Origin: Eledone cirrhosa
Taxonomy: Eukaryota
NCBI GenBank assembly: GCA_964016885.1
Contig: OZ024741.1
Location: 183,768,001-183,832,000, forward strand
Direction of reading: 5' to 3'
DNA: 64,000 nucleotides
Below the pieces are notes generated by a model. It searched no databases. It saw nothing but the letters and a program-made list of their open reading frames with translations, and was not told the origin of the DNA. A program made the translations under genes and the position numbers. This document shows positions 1 to 14,770 of the stretch, piece after piece. Numbering within the stretch: position 1 is the first letter of the stretch; the number at the start of each line of letters is the position of its first letter.

Positions 1-1760
1 AGACTGATGCAATGAAATAGGCTTTGGGGTTGTAGTGGGACAATGTTGGTTACACTGTTCGCTAATTCAGAGAAAAAAGAAAGATGATAATAAACAGGTA
101 TTCCATGCAATTTTAAATTTGCTCACCAGATGGTTTATTAAAACCAGAGTATTTATTAGATTAGAACCGGGACATTTTAGCTAGATAGGTTGATAGATGG
201 TTAGTTAGTTAAATACAACAAAACACGCGTGAAAGTAATAGGAAATAATGGTGGAGAGGTTATTGTTTAATAAACTGAAGCGTTTAGTTAATCACTTTTA
301 ATTGTTCTACTATAGCAGCAATGATTAGCTTAAATCGCTTGAAAATGTCGATTCATCTGATTTAGAAAAGCCATGGAAGGTGATTAATTAATTGTATTTA
401 ATAATATAGCAGTTGAATAAATCGAATATAATCACACAGGCTTCTCATTTAATCTTGTTTAATGGGACAGCAGGTCTGCAAATCGAAGCAAGCAATGCAA
501 AAGTTCAGTTTATCATTGGATGAATTGTTAAACGATACGGAACGGCTTAAATTGGGAAGCTAATGGCATCATTCACATGTTTTATTCATTTCTTTTTTGT
601 TTTGTTTTGATTTTTTAAGGTTTTTTTTTTTATCAGGGGAGATTGTCGTTTCTCTCTCTTTTCGCACACATACACACACATGCACATCCCCAGAGCCACA
701 CACTCTCTCTCTTTCTCTTTTCCCTTCTCTCCTATTGTTCCAGATTTGAATAAACAGAGTCTCTTCTTTCCATACACAAGCTCTGAGGCGATTTTATCCA
801 TTGTTTGACAGGAAAATAACGAAGACCGATCAAAAACAAACAAACAAAAAACAAAAAGTAAAACAAATATAAAACACACACACCAACCTAACCAAACTAT
901 ACAAAAGGAAGCTTTATAGGGAGAAAGGAGGGGGAGAGAAAACTTAGTTATTAGCAAACAACTGACTAGGGGGCTACAAAGGGAAATAGACTCCCTGAAC
1001 CCCAAACCCCAAACACTGCCAAAGCAATGCCAAAAACAAGACCACCACATCCACCACCACCAACAACAACAATTTTACATCACCTTAAAGTGTTGATATA
1101 TGCATTCTGTTTTTTTGTTATTATCTTTTTTAGATGTTACTAGGGAATTCGGTGTGACCTTTAAACACCAGAAGCAAGAACAGGGCTTAGATTCTCCATT
1201 TGGTGCGAGGAAATCTTTCGTCTTAATGAGATTAAAATCATCGTTGATGTGTTTAAGTGTAAAGAATGCCATTTATTGATTCCATTTAGTCAAGCCACTC
1301 TTTAATTTTTCATATCAAATCAACTCCATCATCCTTATTTATCGTTATCATCATCATCATCATAATCATCATCATGATCATTATTACTATTATTGTTATT
1401 ATTATTATTATCCTCCCCTACGCAAACCACATCAGAAATCTGTTCTATTGTTAATGATTCATAATAGAATGGTATTTGTTACAGTGGTCGCAGTGGTTTA
1501 AGCGGAGCCTGTAAGGGTGGGGTTCAGTCGGTACACCAGTCTAGGGGTCTGAAGTTTCAATGTGAGACCCGTGAATATCTGCTTCCCCCGCACAAAAATA
1601 AAACAGATACTCCGCATCCCTCTTCAGTTTTGAAACGAACCGCTCTTTGGCCACTGGGACCCAAACTTGTTTTACATTGTCAATTTTTTCTCATAGGCCC
1701 CTAGTTTGACCTACAGTGGTGGTACTTAAATTCACTACAGTGTTATTTGTTACAGATTAG

Positions 1761-2040
1761 AGGCACGTGGTCTATTGGTAAGGGTGTTAGACTTATGATC
1801 ATAATGTCGTGGGTTCGATTCCTAGGTTGCGTATTGTGTTCTTGAGCAAATCTCCGTATTTCACGTTGTTCCAGTATACTCAGCTGAAAATGAGTACCAG
1901 CAATAGCTGGAGGTTTAACCCTGGGATGGACTGGCGTCCTGTCTAGGGGGGTGACTTGTACTATCAGTCGCTTCACGTCATGAAACCGGCATAAGCACCG
2001 GCCAAATGAGCCTTCTGGCTTAAGACAGACTTTAGACTTT
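1761..2040 (+). mobile_element. tRNA-derived SINE (family 2)
   Basis: A-box-like TGGTCTATTGG and B-box GGTTCGATTCC head, central GTGTTCTTGAGCAA and GATGGACTGGCGTCCTGTC blocks typical of metazoan SINE cores, and an (AGACTTT)2 tail. Confidence 0.8.
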
Positions 2041-2132
2041 TTTATTTGTCACAGTGGTAAAAGTAGCCTATGATATGGTGGAATTTTTATTACAGTCATC
2101 TGTAGTTGGACTACGTTATAACAGCATTTGTT

Positions 2133-2740
2133 TCCACCCGCTTTCCTGTCGCTACAGTGCCGGCCGCCTTCCACGCCATGCTGCTCTCAACGAGGTCATA
2201 AAGCATGGCTTGGATGCTGCAGGCTTCCCCTCCCAGCTCGAGCCAGTGGGGCTGGACCGAGAGGACGGCAAAAGGCCAGACGGCTTGACCATCTTCCCGT
2301 CCCGTTCCGTCGACACATTCTCCAGCGGCAACCTGGTGCAGTCTGCGACTAACCCAAGCTCTGCTGCACTTCGGACTGAGGAGGGTAAACTCTCCAAGTA
2401 TCGGTCGGTTTCCGACAGGTTTGTAGGCATGCCCTCAGCAGTGGAGACTTCTGGTGTCTTTGGCCCTAGGGATGCCTCCATACTCACCACCATATGCGCA
2501 GAGCCTCACTAGATGGAATGGCTCTTCCAACGCCACTCCCTTACCATCCTCCGGGGAAACGCCTTCTCTATTGTCCGCCGGGGCCATGGAGCGGCCAGCA
2601 CGTGGGACCCCATTTGCTAATAATAGTGATAGATGGCGAGGGCGAGAGAGATGGAGACTATGTCAGTGGGAGTTTGACCCCTCTGTGTTCGAACCTGGTG
2701 AACGTGTATGTGTATGTTTACATCTATTCTTAAATGGATT
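2133..2740 (+). mobile_element. 5'-truncated, decayed CRE-like non-LTR retrotransposon (restriction-like endonuclease C-terminus)
   Basis: Translates HPLSC..G..RH..LN, EPVGLDREDGKRPDG, E..K..KY, AVETSGVFG and, after a frameshift, WLFQRHSLTILRGNA. These are REL-domain motifs of CRE-type elements. Confidence 0.8.
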
Positions 2741-3400
2741 CATTGTGGACTACATAATAGCGGCATTTGTTGCAGTGGACTACGTTATAGAAGTAGTTGA
2801 TACAGTTGATAGAGTGGTATACGTTATACTGGCGTTTGTTACAGTGGGCTACGTTGTAGCGGCATTTGTTACAGTGGACTACGTTATAGTGGTATTTGTT
2901 ACAGTGGACTACGTTGTAGTTATATTTATTACAGTCGTATACGTTATAGCGGCATTTGTTACAGTGGACTACTTTATAGCAGCATTGTTACAGTGGACTA
3001 CGTTATAGTAGTATTTGTTACAGTGGACTACGTTATAGTGGTATATGTTACAGTGGACTACGTTATAGTGGTATTTGTTACAATGGCATACATTACAGTG
3101 GTATTTGTTACAGTGGACTACGTTATAGTGGTATTTGTTACAGTAGACTACGTTATAGAGGTATTTGTTACAGTGGACTACGTTATAGAGGTATTTGTTA
3201 CAATGGCATACATTACAGTGGTATTTGTTACAGTGGACTACGTTATAGTGGTATTTGTTACAGTGGACTACGTTATAGTGGTATATATTACAGTGGACTA
3301 CGTTATAGTTATATGTTCTATAGTAGTCTACGTTATTGTGATATTCGTTACAGTGGTTTACGGTATAGTGGTCTAACATACAGTGGTTACAGTAGTTTAG
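2741..3400. repeat. 30-bp minisatellite (GTGGACTACGTTATAGTGGTATTTGTTACA)n, about 22 units
   Basis: Direct tandem periodicity; degenerate units also at about 1471, 1740 and 2045-2132. Confidence 0.95.
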
Positions 3401-3419
3401 TAGCGTTAAGTTTATAGGC

Positions 3420-3750
3420 ATGGGCTATAGTGGTCCTAATTACCATGGTCGTAATTTCACGTGGTGTAAGTGGCCTTTATTATAATTGCTTTAGTGATCT
3501 TAATTACAGTGTTCTTAATGATCCTAATTATGGTGTTCTTAGTGGTCTTAATTATAGCTGTTTTAGTAGTCTAAATTATAATGGTCTTTGTAGTTGTAAT
3601 CATGGTGACAAGAGTGGCATTGTTTATAGTGGTCTAAGGGGTCTAATTGGTCTTTAGTATAATGGTTTTGTTATAGTAGTTTTAGTTATGGCTCTCTTAG
3701 TGCTGTAAGTGCCTTGGTTACAGTGGTCTAAGTAGTATTGTTTACAGATG
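3420..3750. repeat. Degenerate ~24-bp tandem repeat (AGTGGTCTTAATTATAGCTGTTTT-like)
   Basis: Recurrent AGTGGTCT..AATTA blocks at about 24-bp spacing. Confidence 0.6.
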
Positions 3751-3897
3751 ACTTAACTGAAGACATCCAGAAAATTCTCTTTAAAAACATGTGTGGTAAA
3801 ATGTTTAGATTGTTATCATTTAGCCTCAAATCCACCCTTACAAAGCAAACATATGAACCAAGATGTTCAAGTAGTGAACACCTCATTGTTTATTTGG

Positions 3898-4269
3898 CAG
3901 ACCTGTCAACTCTCCCCGTCCGACGGAGAGAACTCCCAGCCACTTTGGGGTGGGTGAGAGATGTCTTCTCTCGTGAAAATGGGTATAGCTTTCATTGGCA
4001 GTATCGGTAGAGGGTTGGACGCCATGCTTTCTAGCATAGTTACGTCCCTTTACAGTCTGAGTTCAAATCCTGCCGAGGTTAACTTTGCCTTTCATCCTTA
4101 CGGGGTCGATAAAATAAAGTACCAGTAATGTACTGGGTAATTGCTGGCCTTGTGCCTAAACTAGAAACAATTATGTAAAGTCTCCCACATTTTGTCGCGT
4201 TTCTCCCCGTTTTGGGGCACTTCTTTTCATGGTACTCCCCGTTTAGGCTTTTAGAGGTTGGCAGGCTTG
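3898..4269. mobile_element. hAT-type MITE carrying a SINE insertion
   Basis: TIRs CAGACCTGTCAAC / GTTGGCAGGCTTG; perfect 8-bp TSD TTATTTGG (3890-3897, 4270-4277); empty copies at 24581 and 59974. Confidence 0.9.
3995..4174 (+). mobile_element. tRNA-derived SINE (main family) inserted in the MITE
   Basis: GAGTTCAAATCC B-box, CTTTGCCTTTCATCCTTACGGGGTCGATAAAATAAAGTACCAG core and AGAAACAATT tail; absent from the other MITE copies. Confidence 0.9.
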
Positions 4270-5024
4270 TTATTTGGATATATTATATCCAGCGGTGAAT
4301 TAGCACCCGATTGAATACTTTGCAGTAATGTTCCCGCTCTCAGCGCCATGAGTTCATAACCCCTGAGGTCGACTTTGTCTTTCATTCTTCCATAATTAAT
4401 AGAATAAAGTACCAGTCAAGTACTGGGAGTTGATTTAATCAGCTATCATTCAATGCTGACATGCAAATAAGTTCGCATGGTAAAGCAGAGCTCCCAAAGT
4501 TTCAATCCTAATAGAATTCTAAACTTCAAGAGCCGTTCTTAGTGGATCAGTGGAATTAAAACTAAAGTTCAGTCGCAGTGGAGCCATCAACGAAGTATAC
4601 ATTCCAACTGCACCAAGTAGCTAAGAGAAAAGTTAGAGATATAAAAATTGGAGATCGAACAGTCAAAAGACGGACGTTACAGAGAGATAAGGGAAAGTCT
4701 CCTACACAGCTGTGGAAGAAAAATGGCCGATATGATTAATTGGTTGAAATAAGATGAGACTAATAACTCTGAAAAATATAATATTAACAACAACTTATCT
4801 TAAGACATTTTGACATTTAATCAAGAATAGATTCACTTGGACAAAATTGGCGTCAGGTAAAATACTTAACTTGATGAAAATTAAAGTGATTTATTCTGTT
4901 TGCTGACTTATAGAGAAATGTACAGAGCCAAGGGGTCAATGAATGTGGCTTTCAGTTGAACCATGTACATACTGTTCGTATCCTTTCGTATGAGTCGTTT
5001 GAATTTACACCCATACTTAATATA

Positions 5025-5179
5025 TAACATACACACACGCATACATACATACCTACATACCTACATACGTACATACAAGCATGCATGCATGTATATATAC
5101 TTACATACATGCACACATAGATATATACATACATACATATGTACAAACACACGTACATACGTGCATACACACATTCATG

Positions 5180-5243
<64 letters not shown>

Positions 5244-5660
5244 CATATACATACATGCATGCATACACACATACCTACGCACATACAAACAAACATACAT
5301 GCATACACATACATACAAACATACATACATACATACATGCATACGCACATAGATACATGCACACACACACACATACGCATATACATACATACATACGTAC
5401 ATACATACGTACATACATACATGCACATGCAAACATACATACATAAAGTCATACATAGATACCCACATACATACACGCATACAAACATGCATGCATACAC
5501 ACCTACATAGATACATACATACCCACATGTACATATATAAGTACAAACATACACACATACATATATAAATGCATACATACATACATGCATCCACACGTAC
5601 ATACATACAAACATACATGATGATTGTATATATACATACATACAAACATACATAATACAT
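5025..5660. repeat. Compound (CATA)n/(CA)n/(TA)n microsatellite
   Basis: Directly visible. Confidence 0.95.
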
Positions 5661-5955
5661 GATGGCTGCCAACTCGTTTTCGAGTACGGCCACTACTTTA
5701 TAACCATGTAGGAAAACTCCTACCGATGCGCTGAACGAGTGTGACTTTTTAGTCCAGCCAGCGACTTGAAAACTCTGGTACAAACACTACACTCTTGACA
5801 ATTATTGACACATAGTGCTGGGCCCATGGTAGCATGTGACGACAAGGGCAGAGAGATCTCCAGATATAAAGCAATGCCTGTGCCGTGAAGCTTTTATAGT
5901 GAGCAAAGGCACTGCACAAAGCCAGTCCTACTCTCTTAACCAAGATGATATTTAC
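5661..5955 (-). mobile_element. 5'-truncated copy of the short RTE-derived element, (ATGT)n tail
   Basis: Close reverse complement of 29849-30145; encodes the CSVCTRVFKSLAGLKSHTR C2H2 end. Confidence 0.85.
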
Positions 5956-6201
5956 ATATATACATGATATTTATATATATACATGATATTTACATATATA
6001 CATACATACGTACATACAAACATACATATATATACATACATTTAATATCTATATTCACATGGCAATATTTTTGCCAGTCTGTTTGCCTATCCTCTCTATC
6101 TCTCTATTTCTCTATCTACCTATCCATCTATCTTTATTACTTCTTATATGAATGTCCCCCAAGACAAATCTAGTGATATAAACTAGTAATGACACACACA
6201 C

Positions 6202-6273
<72 letters not shown>

Positions 6274-6614
6274 TATATATACACATATATATACACATAT
6301 ACACTGACACATTACACATTCACACACACACACACACACATCACGTACACATGCACACACACAAATACATGGTGTACATATTTAATCATTACTGATTACT
6401 ATGTATCTTTCATATATTCGCAAGAATCGAGGGGAGGAGGGGAAACGGGGGTGTCATGTAACTTAAGATGGAGGTCGGGTCAAGAATGAAAATCTCAAAT
6501 ATAGCGTATCAGTTTGTAGGTGACAGAGCAGGGACTGGTGGGAGAACGACGGAGGGCAATTGTCACACAATAAACTAGATTGATAGATAAAATAGATAGG
6601 ATATGTATATGTGC

Positions 6615-6696
<82 letters not shown>

Positions 6697-7471
6697 ATGT
6701 GTGTGTGTGTATGTATATATATATGTGTATGTATATGTATGTGTGTGAGTGTGTTTGTGTGTGTTTGTGTGTGTGTGTATGTGTGAGTATGTGTGTGTGT
6801 GTATGTTCGTATACAGAGGGAAAAAAAACTCACAATAAAACAATAAAACAGTCAGATAGGTAGAATACATACATACATACATACCCCCTCCACACACACA
6901 CACATATATATATATATATACATATACACGGCACATATATATATATATATATACACATCTACATATATATATATAATATGCACACACATATATATATCAA
7001 TAAAGAACGATTGTTTCAGGGCTCACACTGATAGAATGATAGGCAATCGTGATAAGATCTCCCTGGCAGTAATGAGAAAGCTTCGGAAAATTGAATTAAA
7101 GTGCTGATAACTTTCAGCAGCCACGCGAGATGACCACGTTTGTACCATTCCCGCGAGATTTGTACGAAGCATGTCCATGAATTGTAAACAAGTCAGCTCA
7201 CCTTAGACCTAAACGCTGAAAGGTAAAATTTATGGCCTTCATAAGCATAGTACACGGCAGCTAACTAACTATAGCTTTACTGTTGTCAGTGGCCAACCCT
7301 GGAAGTCGCTTGGCGAGTCCTTAGGGATAAAGACGTAAGGTTAATGGTATTCAACATTCTAGTAATTTCCACACGTTGGATTTTTCATTCCGCCATCATT
7401 GTAAAAACTGTTTCCTTTAATTCCGCTCATCTTACCATCACCGTCAGCTGGTCTCCCCCACCTCCCACACT

Positions 7472-8180
<709 letters not shown>

Positions 8181-8349
8181 TCTCCCTCTCTCTCTTACTC
8201 TCTTACTCTTTCTTCTCTCTTATATCTTACGCTATCTCTTACGCTCTCTTACACTTTGTTTTTTCTTTCTTTCATCCAATTCCACATTCCTTTCTTTAAC
8301 CCACAGATCTATCCTCCACCTTCCTACACTCAACAATTCAACAACCAGT

Positions 8350-11295
8350 ACACCACACCACACTCCACTCCACCCTACGACAAGACACCACATCACACTA
8401 CACCACACCACAACACACTGCTCCACACCACACCATACTACATGCACCAGACCACACTACAGCACACTACACCAAACCACACTACACCACACCACACCAC
8501 GCCACACCCCGCCACACTACACCACACCACACTCCACTCCACCCAACGACAAGACACCACATCACACTACACCACACCACAATACACTGCTCCACACCAC
8601 ACCATACTACATGCACCAGACCACACTACAGCACACTACACCAAACCACACTACACCACACCACACCACGCCACACCACGCCACACTACACCACACTCCA
8701 CTCCACCCCACGACAAGACACCACATCACACTACACCACACTACAACACACTGCTCCACACCACACCATACTACATGCACCAGACCACACTACAGCACAC
8801 TACACCAAACCACACTACACCACACCACACCACGCCACACCACGCCACCCTACACCACACTCCACTCCACCCCACGACAAGACACCACATCACACTACAC
8901 CACACTACAACACACTGCTCCACACCACACCATACTACATGCACCAGACCACACTACAGCACACTACACCAAACCACACTACACCACACCACGCCACACC
9001 ACGCCACACCACGCCACACTACACCACACTCCACTCCACCCCACGACAAGACACCACATCACACTACACCACACTACAACACACTGCTCCACACCACACC
9101 ATACTACATGCACCAGACCACACTACAGCGCACTACACCAAACCACACTACACCACACCACACCACGCCACACCACGCCACACTACACCACACCACACTC
9201 CACTCCACCCCACGACAAGACACCACACCACAACACACTGCTCCACACGACACCATACTACATGCACCAGACCACACTACAGCACACTACACCAAACCAC
9301 ACTACACCACACCACACCACGCCACACCACGCCACACTACACCACACTCCACTCCACCCCACGACAAGACACCACATCACACTACACCACACTACAACAC
9401 ACTGCTCCAAACCACACCATACTACATGCACCACACCACACTACAGCACACTACACCACGCCACACTACACCCCTCCACACCACACCACACTATACTACA
9501 TCACACTCTACCACAACGCACCACACTACAGCACACCACACCGCACCACACTACACCTTACCACACCACACCACACCACACCGCATAACACTACAGCATA
9601 TTGCACCACACTATACCACACCACACTACACCACACCACACCACACTACACTGCACCACACTACACCACACCACACTACACTGCACCACGCGACACAACA
9701 CTACAGCACACTGCATCACACTATACCACCCCACACTACACCACACAACACCACACTACACTGCACCACACTATACCACACTATACTGCACCCTACCACA
9801 CCACATTATACTGCACCACACTATACTGCACCACAGTACACCGCACTATACTGCACCACACTACGCCACACCACACGACACAACACTACAACATACTGCA
9901 CCACACTATACCACACCACACTACACCACACCAGACCACACTCCACAACACTACACCACACTATACTGCACCACACTATACCTCACCACACCGCACTACA
10001 CTGCACCACACTATACCACACCACACAACACCACACACCATCACACCACACTACACTGCACCACACTATACCACACCACACAACACCACACACCACCTCA
10101 CCACACCACACTATACCTCACCACACCGCACTACACTGCACCACACTATACCTCACCACACCACACCACACCACACAACACCACACCACACCACACTACA
10201 CTGCACCACACTATACCACACCACACCACATCACACAACACCACACCACACCACACTACACTGCACCACACTATACCACACCACACAACACCACACTACA
10301 CAACACCACACCACACTACAGCACACTGCACCACACTATACCACACAACACTACACTGCACCACACTGCACCACACAACACAACACCACACACCACCACC
10401 CCACACCACATTACACTGCACCACACTATACCACACCACACCACACTAAACTGCACCACACCACACCACACCATACCACACCACACCACACAACACCACA
10501 CCACACCACACCACACCATACCACACCACACCACACCACACCATACCACACCACACCACACAACACCACACCACACCACACCACACCATACCACACCACA
10601 CCACACTACACTGCACAACACTATACCACAACGTACCACACTATACTGCACCACAGCACATCACACCACACTACACCACACTACACTGCACTACACTATA
10701 CCACACCGTACCACACCACACAACACCACACTACACCACACTACACTGCACCACACTATATCACACCACACAACACCACACCGCACAACACCACACTACA
10801 CTGCACCAGACTATACCACACCACAACACACCACACTACACCACACTACACTACACTGCACCACACTACACCACACTATACCACACCACACCACACTACA
10901 CCACACTACACTACACTGCACCACACTACACCACACTATACCACACCACACCAGACCACACGACACTACACTGCTCACACTATACCACACCACACTACAC
11001 CACACTACACCACACTACACCACACTATACCACACCACACCACACTACACTACACTACACCACACTATACCACACCACACCACACAACACCACACCACAC
11101 TACACCACACCACACCACACTACACCACACTATACCACACCACACAACACCACACTACACCACACCACACTACACCACACCACACCACACCACACCACAC
11201 CACACCACACTACACCACACTATACCACACCACACAACACCACACTACACCACACCACACCACACTACACCACACTACACCACACAACACAACAC
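8350..11295. repeat. (CACCA/CACTA)n pentamer satellite; 8350-9470 organised as a 164-169 bp higher-order repeat
   Basis: Marker CAAGACACCA at 8381, 8550, 8714, 8878, 9047, 9216 and 9365. Confidence 0.95.
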
Positions 11296-11729
11296 CATAC
11301 TATAGCACGCAACACATCATCACACCAGCCAGCCAGACAACCAACCTCAGTACCATATCACACCCTTGCCCCTCTTCCCAATCCAACCCACCACTTTTCC
11401 TCATCTCCATCCATTCCCACCCCCTCCCATACTCACCTGTCCTTCAAACAACTTCCGTTCTGTGACAACCCCGCCATACTCACCTAGCCACTATCAATAC
11501 AATCTTACACCATTGTCCGCAATCTTTACCATCACCGTTCATTCCAGCTCTGTCGTCTTTCTCCTCCCAATGACACCCAACTACCCACATTAAACCCAAT
11601 GTCACACTATTGCCCACCATCATGTCCCATTCTCTCTCACTCTCTTTACCCTCCTCTCACTCTCTCTCAATCTCTTCATCTTCCACCCCACCCCTCTCTC
11701 AATTTCTTCATCTCCCACTCTCTCAGGCT

Positions 11730-11730
11730 G

Positions 11731-11814
<84 letters not shown>

Positions 11815-11884
11815 TCGTTGTTTCTTTCTTTCTTTCGTTCTTTCTTTCTTGCCTTCGTTCTTTCTTTCTTTCTTTCTTTCTTTT

Positions 11885-11920
<36 letters not shown>

Positions 11921-11924
11921 TCCC

Positions 11925-11980
<56 letters not shown>

Positions 11981-11984
11981 TCCT

Positions 11985-12032
<48 letters not shown>

Positions 12033-12082
12033 TGTCTCACAAGCCACTCTATTTTTTTACGTTTTTCTCTTTCACTCTCTTT

Positions 12083-12166
<84 letters not shown>

Positions 12167-12302
12167 TCTGCGTCTCTGTATGTCTCACAATGCCTCCCAA
12201 TCTTTCTTCGTCTGTCTCTCTCTTTCTCTCATCTGCTTTCTCTGTTTGCTTCTCTGTATGTCTCACAATGCATCTCCATTTTCTCTCTCTCTCTCTCTCT
12301 TG

Positions 12303-12340
<38 letters not shown>
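11730..12340. repeat. (TTTC)n and (TC)n polypyrimidine tracts
   Basis: Directly visible. Confidence 0.95.
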
Positions 12341-13435
12341 ACTCTGTCTCTCTTCCCCCTCCCCCCTCTCTCTCTCTTTCTCTCTGCCACTCTGCTTGTC
12401 CCACAATGCCTCTGTCTCTCTCTCTTCTTTTTTATCTACCTATTTCTGACTCCTTGTCTTTCTCTGACTTCTTATGCGTCTCTGTCTCTCTTTGTTTTTC
12501 TATCTCTCTGTCTCCCCCTTGTTTTCCTTTGTCTCTCTATGTCTCTCTTCTGTTATTCTGCCATCATTGTAAAAAAATCCGTTCTCTCTCTGTAACTCTC
12601 TCCTCATTACCTCAGTACTCTTTCTCTCTCTAGTATTTCTTATTCATTATTGTCTTGCTTCTTCATTCTCCTCTCTCCATACCCTTTTCACCAACCCACC
12701 ACCAGCATCATCATTTCGGTATTTAGTTACGTCTCTTTACGTTCCTAGTTCAAATCTCACAGAGGTCAACTTTGTCTTTAATCCTTCCGGGTTTAATAAA
12801 ATAAAGTTCTAGTCAACTGAACTTTTAGTTATGTTAGAAATTATCTATAATATTGTTATTCTCACGGCGTGTGTTATGTTACGCTTCAAAGGGAAATAAT
12901 CTCGTCCGGACCTTCATTATTACGCTTATCTGTTGTAGTGAAAACAAGCTGAGAATAACAGCAAGAGAAGTTGAGGTGGGGTGAAAATGAAAGTATTTCC
13001 CTGCGTTAAAATTAAACGGTTTAGTTATTTTTTATATACAAAGGATAAACATCTAGCATCTTTAAATAATCATTGAAATCCATCAGTGTTTATTACAAAA
13101 GATAAACGAGTCTAATATATTTCAATAATTGATCAAATCCATCAGTAGGAAAGGCATAACGCCACATAAACTCGATTAAATAACAGTCTAATTGTGTGTG
13201 TGATGAATACCAGAGTCTCGTTTACTTCTATTTGTATTCCCGATCCCACAGAGATTCAACATGCTTCTGTAACAAAAGATGCTTTAGAGTCTCTAGCCGG
13301 CTTTCTCCAGTTCACTCGTTAATTTACTATCATTATTGAATACCTTTTTTGGTAGTTTATTGTAACGATCCCGTAAGGATGGAAAGCAAAGAATCCCCCT
13401 GAAGTCAACTTTGCCTTTTGCGCCTCCGGGGAATT

Positions 13436-13527
13436 CTTCTTCTTCTTCTTCTTCTTCTTCTTCTTCTTCTTCTTCTTCTTCTTCTTCTTCTTCTTCTTCT
13501 TCTTCTTCTTCTTCTTCTTCTTCTTCA
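13436..13527. repeat. (TTC)n microsatellite
   Basis: Directly visible. Confidence 0.95.
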
Positions 13528-13734
13528 CTACCATTACTACCAGCATTTATAATCGTCATCATCATCATCTTTATCAGCTACACAGCTACCCCTAGCAGCA
13601 GCAACAGTAGCAGCAGACCCTCCTCCACTATGCTACCTCAACGACAACCCCTTCACTATCATCGCCACCAAAATAAAAGCACCCGTTTCTTACTAATTTT
13701 ATTCTCTAAGGAAATAAGGAAACACTTTGACTTT

Positions 13735-14770
13735 TTGGAGCGAAGAAAAAAAATCTTTCACTTTCACTTAGAACAAAGGAGATTGTTGAGTCCAAGCTAG
13801 TTGACGAACAGTGTGGTTTTCGCTTCTGTGGTAGCACAGCCGACCAAATATCCCCACTGCGGCAGGGCTTTGGGACGTGTTTCGTAAATCTCGAAAAGGC
13901 ATATGACTGCATTCCACGAGATCTGTTTTAGAAGGTACTGCAGGAGTATGGGATCGATGGTCAGCTTCTTGTTGTCCTGATGCGAATGCCCTAGTATTTG
14001 TGTTATGATAAATGGGGTTTAGGCGAAACCATTCAATGTGGGTGTCGGATTCCGCCAAGCGTGCGTATTGTTACTTATCCTGTCCATAATTTTCATTTAC
14101 AGGATTTACATGTGCAGCCGGGCTGGAAGTGGTATGAGGAGTGGCAGGTGTTGGATCAGTTGGTTGAAATTTGCAGACGACATGGTGCTACTTAATCCGC
14201 CAGAAGTCGGTCACCGACATTTGATAGGTTTTCTGCTGAGTACTGTACGAAATGAACACAAAACAGCGGTGCGAAGACTGAGACACTCATCCTCTCAAAG
14301 AAGTCTGCGCAGTGCACTCTAATTATAAGTGGAGTTCACCTGAAATATGTCGAAATGCTCAAGTGTCTCTGGGCCGTGTTCATGTGTGATGGAAGTTACG
14401 AGGCTGAATTAAGTGCAGGAATTACAAGAACTGGTGAATTGAAACTCACTTATAGAAATATTGAATATACTAGTGTGCTTATTGGGGAAGATAGAAGCAT
14501 CCCAGAAAATAGAAACATCATAATTCGTCCAAAAAGGGGCTCATATATAGCTTGGCATCTTGACCCAGTATGTTACCCTCAAATATTTGTATAGAGTTTG
14601 GAAAGCACAATGATATTATGTTGAGGAACAAAGAACCCTAAATGAGGTGACCAGACAAGATTTGTACTGTTATAGTCTTCATACATAGCTTCAGTGTTAG
14701 AAACCTTTTACAGTCGACACAACAGTTTGAAAGGGGCCATTTACAGCTACGAGCAGAACAGCACAATGCA
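13735..14770 (+). mobile_element. Decayed RTE-clade (Expander/Rex3-like) LINE reverse transcriptase fragment
   Basis: Frameshifted motifs EQCGFR..STADQI, NLEKAYD, EYGIDGQLL, GFRQACVL and FADD. Confidence 0.8.

Noticed and set aside
586-1050. 154-aa ORF
   Set aside because: Low-complexity translation with no recognisable domain.
1761-1830. tRNA gene
   Set aside because: Acceptor stem incomplete and the sequence continues into a SINE body.
2741-3421. CRISPR-like array or VFVTVDYVIV repeat protein
   Set aside because: Units are contiguous with no unique spacers, there are no cas genes, and a 1-nt deletion breaks the frame.
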